From Pseudomonadota bacterium (GTDB lineage: Bacteria; Myxococcota_A; Polyangia; JAAYKL01): 21,730 nt of DNA. Shown one piece after another: positions 14,816 through 19,240 of the stretch. Location of the stretch: contig JALNZK010000002.1 in the NCBI GenBank assembly GCA_023229365.1, positions 318,343 through 340,072 on the forward strand, given 5' to 3'. The notes beneath the pieces are model-generated. The model saw nothing but the letters and a program-made list of their open reading frames with translations. It searched no databases and was not told the DNA's origin. Every line of letters begins with the position of its first letter. Position 1 is the stretch's first letter. The translations under genes were made by a program, and so were the position numbers.

Positions 14816-15046
14816 TTAGCCGAAAACTGCCTCCGGTCGGAGTGTAAGGGTGTTAGTTTCACCATTACGATCAACAGCAAAAGCCCGTAGCTTCCCTTGA
14901 GGGATGCCTAGCCAATCGGCGGCAGCATTGCGGATATCGGCATCCGAGCTATTGTCGCCAATATTCAGTTCCGCCAAGGGAACGTCGTAAGACCTTCCTT
15001 CGACTCGAACGTGCAGCATGTTTTCAAGTTGGTTTTCGTTGTCCAT
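14816..15046 (-). CDS. ubiquitin-sized beta-grasp-like small protein (76 aa; ends ...TLTLRPEAVFG)
   Basis: AAGGAG RBS 9 nt upstream. The alternating strand-helix pattern 'HVRVEGRSYDVPL...DIRNAAADWLGIPQGKLRAFAV...TLTLRPE' resembles ubiquitin/ThiS ('GIPPDQQRLIF...LHLVLRLRGG'). It ends in a single Gly. Confidence 0.45.
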   Translation of the reverse strand: MDNENQLENMLHVRVEGRSYDVPLAELNIGDNSSDADIRNAAADWLGIPQGKLRAFAVDRNGETNTLTLRPEAVFG

Positions 15047-15089
15047 CGTAATTTCTCCTTATATCGTTCGTTCGTCTTTCACTTTCCCT

Positions 15090-15117
15090 ATTATACTTCA
15101 GAAATTTGAGTTGTAAA
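15090..15117 (-). promoter_or_regulatory. sigma70-like promoter P2 (minus strand), driving the Ubl-like and Ro60-like genes
   Basis: Minus-strand TTTACAACTCAAATTTCTGAAGTATAAT: -35 TTTACA, 16-nt spacer, perfect -10. Confidence 0.55.
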
Positions 15118-15153
15118 CAAGAAAAAATCCGTCCAAGTTACAAAAACTGTTTT

Positions 15154-15228
15154 TGGTAAACAATGCAGGAATTGAACCAGCATTCTTCAGTTTTCAAGAC
15201 TGACGCTCAACCATTGAGCTAATTGTTT
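15154..15228 (-). tRNA. complete cloverleaf tRNA, anticodon UGA (Ser), but with a short (5-nt) variable arm and an encoded CCA
   Basis: Minus strand AAACAAT-TA-GCTC-AATGGTT-GAGC-G-TCAGT-CTTGAAA-ACTGA-AGAAT-GCTGG-TTCAATT-CCTGC-ATTGTTT-A-CCA, 75 nt. All four stems pair (one U·U in the T stem). U33 is present. The A/U-rich acceptor stem is unusual. Confidence 0.55.
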
Positions 15229-15257
15229 GTAAGTTTTAGTGGTATGGGACGGAAAGT

Positions 15258-15313
15258 GGAGGGTGTTGGATTCGAACCAACATTTTTTCGTTTTCAGTGA
15301 AAAAAGTTACCTT
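15258..15313 (-). ncRNA. partial tRNA-like module (anticodon-like hairpin, canonical T-arm and a 7-nt acceptor-3'-like segment; no D-arm or 5' acceptor strand found)
   Basis: Minus strand ...TTTTTTC-ACTGAAAAC-GAAAAAA-T-GTTGG-TTCGAAT-CCAAC-ACCCTCC-A, immediately followed by the next A-motif. Confidence 0.3.
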
Positions 15314-15395
15314 TTGTTTGTATGTCTCTCAGGTGTGGGACAATTGCTTGTCCAAGTTTGGGAAACTGAACGTTTTTAACCCTCCAAAGTATCAG

Positions 15396-15521
15396 CGGGG
15401 AAGATGGGATTCGAACCCATAATTTTTCCTTAACAGGGAAACTTTTACCAATTGTTTGTATGTCTCTCAGGTGTGGGATGGTCGCCCATCCAAGTTTGGG
15501 AAACTGAACTTCTAACTTCCC
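15396..15521 (-). tRNA. tRNA-like gene (anticodon GUU, Asn-like) interrupted by a roughly 57-nt conserved hairpin element in the D-arm region
   Basis: Acceptor 5' strand GGGGAAG (15515-15521) pairs perfectly with CTTCCCC (15397-15403). Canonical anticodon arm TTTCC-CTGTTAA-GGAAA. T-arm ATGGG-TTCGAAT-CCCAT. Between the acceptor and the anticodon arm lies AGTTTCCCAAACTTGGATGG-GCGA-CCATCCCACACCTGAGAGACATACAAACAA, the B'-GNRA-A' element. Confidence 0.4.
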
Positions 15522-15612
15522 CATGTGCCCGGTTTATAATTCTCTGCCTGCAACCGGAAACCCGGCAGAAAAGCCTCCAGTTATTGGTTTATCCCAAGAG
15601 GCGAGTAATCAG

Positions 15613-15738
15613 ACCCGGTGGTAGGAGTCGCACCTACAATCTTTTCCTTAGGATGGAAACGCTGTTTGTACGTCTCTCAGGTTTGGGATAATTTCTTATC
15701 CGAGTTTGGGAAACTGTTTGCTGTTTAGCTTCACCGGG
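15613..15738 (-). tRNA. tRNA-like gene (anticodon CCU, Arg-like) interrupted by the same conserved hairpin element
   Basis: Acceptor CCCGGTG (15732-15738) pairs with CACCGGG (15614-15620). Anticodon arm TTTCC-ATCCTAA-GGAAA. T-arm GTAGG-TGCGACT-CCTAC (T-loop has G at position 55). Inserted AGTTTCCCAAACTCGGATAA-GAAA-TTATCCCAAACCTGAGAGACGTACAAACAGC. Confidence 0.4.
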
Positions 15739-15788
15739 ATATTCATAAGGCAAACATTTGATCGTCCAAGTCGAAGAAACTGTTTTTT

Positions 15789-15860
15789 GCAACAATGTTG
15801 GATTCGCACCAACTACCGAAACTTTATGGAAGTTTTGCTCTACTGATGAGCTAATTGTTT
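15789..15860 (-). tRNA. near-canonical cloverleaf tRNA-like gene, anticodon CAU, enclosed by a 24-bp perfect leader-trailer stem
   Basis: Minus strand AAACAAT-TA-GCTC-ATCAGTA-GAGC-A-AAACT-TCCATAA-AGTTT-CGGTA-GTTGG-TGCGAAT-CCAAC-ATTGTTG-C, 72 nt. Deviations: A1·G72, C33, G55 and a D-loop lacking GG. Flanked by the perfect inverted repeats 15744-15767 and 15879-15902. Confidence 0.45.
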
Positions 15861-15913
15861 GTAAGTTCCGTCAGTATGGGACGATCAAATGTTTGCCTTA
15901 TGTTGATTTTACC

Positions 15914-16090
15914 GACGCAAGCAAGTGTTGGCCCGTCCAAGTCGAAAAAGCTGTTTCACATAGTGACAGTTTAATAGACTGTTGCCTTTACCATTAGGCT
16001 AAAACACATTTTGGCGTGTTTGTTGGATTCGAACCAACAGATTGTTTGTAAGCTCTGTCTGTGTGGGACGAGCAAACACTTGCCTGCGTC
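15914..16090 (-). ncRNA. circularly permuted tRNA-like / Y-RNA-like unit Y2
   Basis: Minus strand order: 25-nt 5' stem strand (16090-16066), then A' motif, then T-arm GTTGG-TTCGAAT-CCAAC, then a closed acceptor-like hairpin AAACAC-GCCAAAAT-GTGTTT, then TA, then D-arm GCCT-AATGGTAA-AGGC, then anticodon-like hairpin ACAGT-CTATTAA-ACTGT, then B' motif, then the 3' stem strand (15938-15914). The terminal stem has 3 mismatches, 2 of which are G·U-compatible only in the minus-strand RNA. Confidence 0.45.
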
Positions 16091-16262
16091 AACATCATCA
16101 AGCTTCCGTCTGTCCAAGTTGAAGAAGCTGTTCAACTTTTGACAGTTCCAATTACTGGTGCCTGACCGTTAGGCTACATTCCTTGCGGAATGATGGGAGT
16201 CGAACCCACTTATTTGTTTGTAAGCTCCGTCTGTATGGGACAGACGGAAGCTTGATGATGTT
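16091..16262 (-). ncRNA. circularly permuted tRNA-like / Y-RNA-like unit Y1
   Basis: Enclosed by the perfect 25-bp inverted repeat 16238-16262 / 16091-16115. Internal order: A' motif, then T-arm GTGGG-TTCGACT-CCCAT, then closed acceptor-like hairpin CATTCC-GCAA-GGAATG (GNRA loop), then TA, then D-arm GCCT-AACGGTC-AGGC (G18G19 present), then hairpin CAGT-AATTGGA-ACTG, then B' motif. Confidence 0.45.
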
Positions 16263-16339
16263 TACAACTCAAATTGTCAAAGAACACAAAATTGGCTATC
16301 CAAGTTCATAGAGGGGAGAACATTCAAATCTCCCCCTTC

Positions 16340-16475
16340 AAGCGGGGGAGAAAGTCGTTTGTAACCTCTATAGGTTTGGGATAGCAAGGGGAGCCGTTGG
16401 AGTCGAACCAACAAAACCACAAGCCCCGTCTTTCAACACTATACGCTGAATACCGTATTGCGGTTCATTCAGTAT
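16340..16475 (-). ncRNA. first transcribed module of the array: 5' stem-loop, T-arm/acceptor minihelix and G/C-rich alternative hairpins
   Basis: Minus strand from about 16473: CTGAATGAACCG-CAATA-CGGTATTCAG hairpin. Then GGGGCTT...GTTGG-TTCGACT-CCAAC-GGCTCCC (acceptor-like pairing with G·U). Then A' motif. Then TCTCCCCC-GCTTGAA-GGGGGAGA-TTTGAATGT-TCTCCCC, two mutually exclusive hairpins sharing GGGGGAGA. Confidence 0.3.
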
Positions 16476-16480
16476 GATCT

Positions 16481-16508
16481 ATTATACGCCTTTTTTATTC
16501 CCTGTCAA
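16481..16508 (-). promoter_or_regulatory. consensus sigma70 promoter P4 (minus strand), immediately upstream of the tRNA-like array
   Basis: Minus strand TTGACA-GGGAATAAAAAAGGCG-TATAAT: perfect -35 and -10 with a 16-nt spacer. The transcript would begin with the CTGAAT...ATTCAG hairpin. Confidence 0.65.
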
Positions 16509-16542
16509 CACCAGTTTCTCAATTTTCAAAAAAATTTTTCGG

Positions 16543-16782
16543 TTATTCTTCCCGCATGGCTTTTAATGCCGCCTGGGAAATTTCAATTCCCCGAAAAAAT
16601 TCCTGCAAATGTTCGTCATTCTCGCCCAGGTTGAAGTCAGCCTCATGAAGAATTTCCCCATGAACAAAGGCGTTGTGTACGCCAGTCATAATGTACCGTG
16701 GATCGGCTTGTGCTTCAACTACAAGCATTCTAATGAAATGCTCGACTACTTCGTGGGTTTGTATTTGATCTGCTGTCATCAT
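16543..16782 (-). CDS. hypothetical acidic protein (79 aa)
   Basis: GGAGG RBS. Sits directly downstream of promoter P3 and upstream of P4 and the array. The antisense +ORF 16609-16902 is rejected. Confidence 0.5.
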   Translation of the reverse strand: MMTADQIQTHEVVEHFIRMLVVEAQADPRYIMTGVHNAFVHGEILHEADFNLGENDEHLQEFFRGIEISQAALKAMREE

Positions 16783-16796
16783 TTTCCTCCACCGCC

Positions 16797-16824
16797 ATTA
16801 TACTTCAGCTTTCTGGTTTGTAAA
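16797..16824 (-). promoter_or_regulatory. sigma70-like promoter P3 (minus strand)
   Basis: Minus strand TTTACAAACCAGAAAGCTGAAGTATAAT. Third copy of the TTTACAA-N16-TATAAT family; the conserved CTG(A/G)AG lies just before the -10. Confidence 0.5.
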
Positions 16825-16891
16825 CCCCAAAATTACCCCACAAACTGGTGGTTTTTACTGAAACTGGCAGGGCAAAGGATAGATACTCAAT

Positions 16892-19240
16892 ATGGAAATT
16901 AAAGGTGCATTTAAGGCCGAAACGATTGTTGCTGGCAATATTAATTATTCAGCAGATACTGGGGCTGCCAACGCTTATGTTGTAAGCTTGGGTTTAAATT
17001 ATTTATTTATAGGGCTGCCGGTTTCTTTCAAAGCCTCTCATGATAATACAGGTGCGTCAACTTTAAAAGTTGATAGTCTGCCTGCTGTTGCTATTAAAAA
17101 AAATGTAAGTGATGCCCTGGATATGGGCGATATCAAAACAGGACAAGTCATCACTGTTATTTATGATGGAATATATTTTCAAATAGCAAGTGCCCTTGGC
17201 TCAGGTATTAGCGGATATTCTGGCTACTCTGGAATTGGTATTAGTGGGTATAGCGGATATTCAGGTGACTCAGGCATTAGTGGGTATAGCGGATATTCAG
17301 GTGACTCAGGCATTAGTGGGTATAGCGGATATTCAGGTGACTCAGGCATCAGTGGATACTCAGGATACTCAGGATCAGGCATCAGTGGATATTCAGGATA
17401 CTCAGGATCAGGCATCAGTGGATATTCAGGATACTCAGGATCAGGCATCAGTGGATACTCAGGATACTCTGGAACCACAAATATATATTTGGGAAATCCA
17501 ACGACTGGCGATTACCTAGATGGGTTATTTCCCTGGGAACCCAATGTAACTTTGATTGCTGATGCCGAACAAGAAGTAAATGAAGTATTAGCTGCATTAG
17601 CACCCGCACCAGCACCCAATTTTTCGACATATAACAATGCCCAAACAACAGGAGCAACAGGAAAACTAAGTTTTGATGGATCATATCCCATAGGCGGTGT
17701 ATCGAACGTAGATGGCATTGGCAATTGCACATCTGTCGCTGTCGATGGTGCATTTACTTATAATGCTTTAAGCGGCATGCGAAGAGGTGTTTTTAGTTCC
17801 ACAACAACAAGTTTTACAGGACAATTGGCATCTAATATTGTTGCAGAACCGAATGGAGCATATCTTCAATATGCTTTTATTGACGGTGACACAGGAATTC
17901 TAAGTATATATGTCAATAATGATGTAACACCAAAACATACTGTTGATTTATCAATATTTAGTTCTGGAAGCTCTCTGAATGGCAATGGCACCGGGTTTAC
18001 AAGTATATCAGCAGTAACCTATGAAAAATTTCCTAATGGCAGTGATTTTACATTATTTGTTTATAGGACAGCACAATGGGTGGTCAATACCGCTGATTGC
18101 AGAGAAGGTTGGAATTGGGTGCGTATTACCCATACCGTAGGAACAGATCGCCCGCCCACCAATCTTTATTGCGATTTTATTCGTGACCTAAATACTACGA
18201 CCACGACTTTTTCTGCGGACACGCTTACAGGATTTACTGGCAGTGGATCAAAATATTTGTCGGGAGTAAATTATTATACGGGTGGATCGGCAACTTATGC
18301 CGCAACAATCAGCAATCTTTACAGAAACACATGGTATACAGGATCAGATGCTATTGCTTACAGCTTTAACAGCACCCCTTTACAAGCATTGACAAATGAA
18401 TCTTTGGGCAATTCAGGAGGGGATGAAGCACTAGATGTAACTAAATCAAAAACAGTAAACATTACTTCATCCAGCACCAGACTAAATCCCACTGCTGGAC
18501 ATACCATTAGTGTTAGAACAACTGCAAAAAGGACTGTGCAATCTACTCAATCTTCATCCTATCGATCTATCACAGATATACTTCTTGATAATTTTGTTGC
18601 CTCATCTACCGTTACTGCTGAATATTTTGACGATGAGACTTATAGATTGCCATCAAATTCAGATTTTGACAACGACGCTACAGCCGTCACTAGTTCGTGG
18701 ACATCATCTAATACCATTGCTGATGCTGGTAGTGCTGGATACAACGATGGAACACAAACATATAATGGCACACTTGTGTATCCAACAATGAATTTCTCAA
18801 CCATAGCCAATGGTCCCGCTGGAAACGTTAACTACTCCACAGGTATATCTGGTGAACGTTGCTATTATAGATTTTTTGACATGTTAACCACAGCTAGGAG
18901 CAATTTTACACTTACGGTAAATGGAGCGTCAATAACACCAATATCAAATGGAACGGCTTTTTCTACAACAAGTCAAATAAAAATAGATATTAAGCTACCT
19001 AATGATGGTGGAGAAGGCACTGGTTGGCTAGATGTAACTGCATTGTTCGCAACAGCCCATTGGTCAGACGGTGACGGATGTTTGTTATCAGGAACATTTT
19101 CTATGAATTCTGCCATGTCAATAACTGTTGGCACAAAATCTACGGGAGCCGCAAGTGTTAATGGCAAGGTATTTTTAAGAATTAGAGTTCCTAGTGGATG
19201 GATTAGAAATTTGACTAGTATTACATTGGTTGGAGCATAA
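16892..19240 (+). CDS. putative tail fibre / receptor-binding protein with a collagen-like (Gly-X-Ser)n segment (782 aa)
   Basis: N-terminal about 100-aa domain ('AETIVAGNINYSADTGAANAYVV...'). About 95 aa of GYS/GIS/GDS triplet repeats (17198-17472). Then a large Ser/Thr/Asn/Gly-rich C-terminal region typical of fibre or adhesin distal domains. 'PAPAPN' linker. Confidence 0.75.
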   Translation: MEIKGAFKAETIVAGNINYSADTGAANAYVVSLGLNYLFIGLPVSFKASHDNTGASTLKVDSLPAVAIKKNVSDALDMGDIKTGQVITVIYDGIYFQIASALGSGISGYSGYSGIGISGYSGYSGDSGISGYSGYSGDSGISGYSGYSGDSGISGYSGYSGSGISGYSGYSGSGISGYSGYSGSGISGYSGYSGTTNIYLGNPTTGDYLDGLFPWEPNVTLIADAEQEVNEVLAALAPAPAPNFSTYNNAQTTGATGKLSFDGSYPIGGVSNVDGIGNCTSVAVDGAFTYNALSGMRRGVFSSTTTSFTGQLASNIVAEPNGAYLQYAFIDGDTGILSIYVNNDVTPKHTVDLSIFSSGSSLNGNGTGFTSISAVTYEKFPNGSDFTLFVYRTAQWVVNTADCREGWNWVRITHTVGTDRPPTNLYCDFIRDLNTTTTTFSADTLTGFTGSGSKYLSGVNYYTGGSATYAATISNLYRNTWYTGSDAIAYSFNSTPLQALTNESLGNSGGDEALDVTKSKTVNITSSSTRLNPTAGHTISVRTTAKRTVQSTQSSSYRSITDILLDNFVASSTVTAEYFDDETYRLPSNSDFDNDATAVTSSWTSSNTIADAGSAGYNDGTQTYNGTLVYPTMNFSTIANGPAGNVNYSTGISGERCYYRFFDMLTTARSNFTLTVNGASITPISNGTAFSTTSQIKIDIKLPNDGGEGTGWLDVTALFATAHWSDGDGCLLSGTFSMNSAMSITVGTKSTGAASVNGKVFLRIRVPSGWIRNLTSITLVGA
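17198..17472 (+). repeat. 36-bp/33-bp tandem coding repeats encoding (G-Y-S / G-I-S / G-D-S)n
   Basis: Repeating 'SGISGYSGYSGD' (12 aa), then 'SGISGYSGYSG' (11 aa) units. The ORFs on other frames and on the antisense strand across this region (17190-17519+, 17224-17478-, 17448-17753-, 17512-17730-) are repeat artefacts. Confidence 0.85.

Larger units (their letters stand above)
14715..16460 (-). repeat. array of a bipartite conserved motif interleaved with tRNA and tRNA-like modules
   Basis: Motif A (plus strand TTGTTTGTA[AT]G-N9-11-G[GT][AT]TGGGA[CT]) occurs about 10 times, at 14766, 15223, 15314, 15452, 15663, 15715 (degenerate), 15855, 16042, 16214 and 16356. Motif B (plus strand [CT]GTCCAAGT[TC]-GAAGAAACTGTT, with a TTTGGGAAACT variant) occurs at 14721, 15131, 15350, 15489, 15694, 15764, 15935, 16112 and 16300. 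A ends in TGGGAC and B starts with GTCCAA. The two pair across a stem of variable sequence. Confidence 0.7.

Noticed and set aside
15294-15997. ORFs 15294-15524(-), 15452-15691(+) and 15758-15997(+) inside the RNA array
   Set aside because: The translations show internal repeats that merely mirror the DNA repeats (for example 'QFPKLG...IPHLRDIQT' twice). The region is better explained as structured RNA genes.
15150-16460. Considered whether the tRNA-like elements lie on the plus strand, or whether the A/B motifs are transposon-like terminal inverted repeats (a MITE)
   Set aside because: T-loops (UUCGAAU flanked by GG/CC) and GNRA loops read correctly only on the minus strand. Motifs A and B are not reverse complements of each other over their length. 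Their pairing is confined to the TGGGAC/GTCCAA ends plus copy-specific compensatory stems, which fits RNA structure rather than terminal inverted repeats. A MITE-like origin of the inserted hairpin element is not excluded.
16609-16902. +ORF (97 aa) antisense to the 79-aa gene and promoter P3
   Set aside because: Antisense to a gene with an RBS and promoter. Pro/Leu-rich noise.
17190-17753. ORFs 17190-17519(+), 17224-17478(-), 17448-17753(-) and 17512-17730(-) across the GYS repeats
   Set aside because: Artefacts of triplet repeats, which leave all frames open. The GYS frame is continuous with the flanking non-repeat domains of the 16892-19240 gene.
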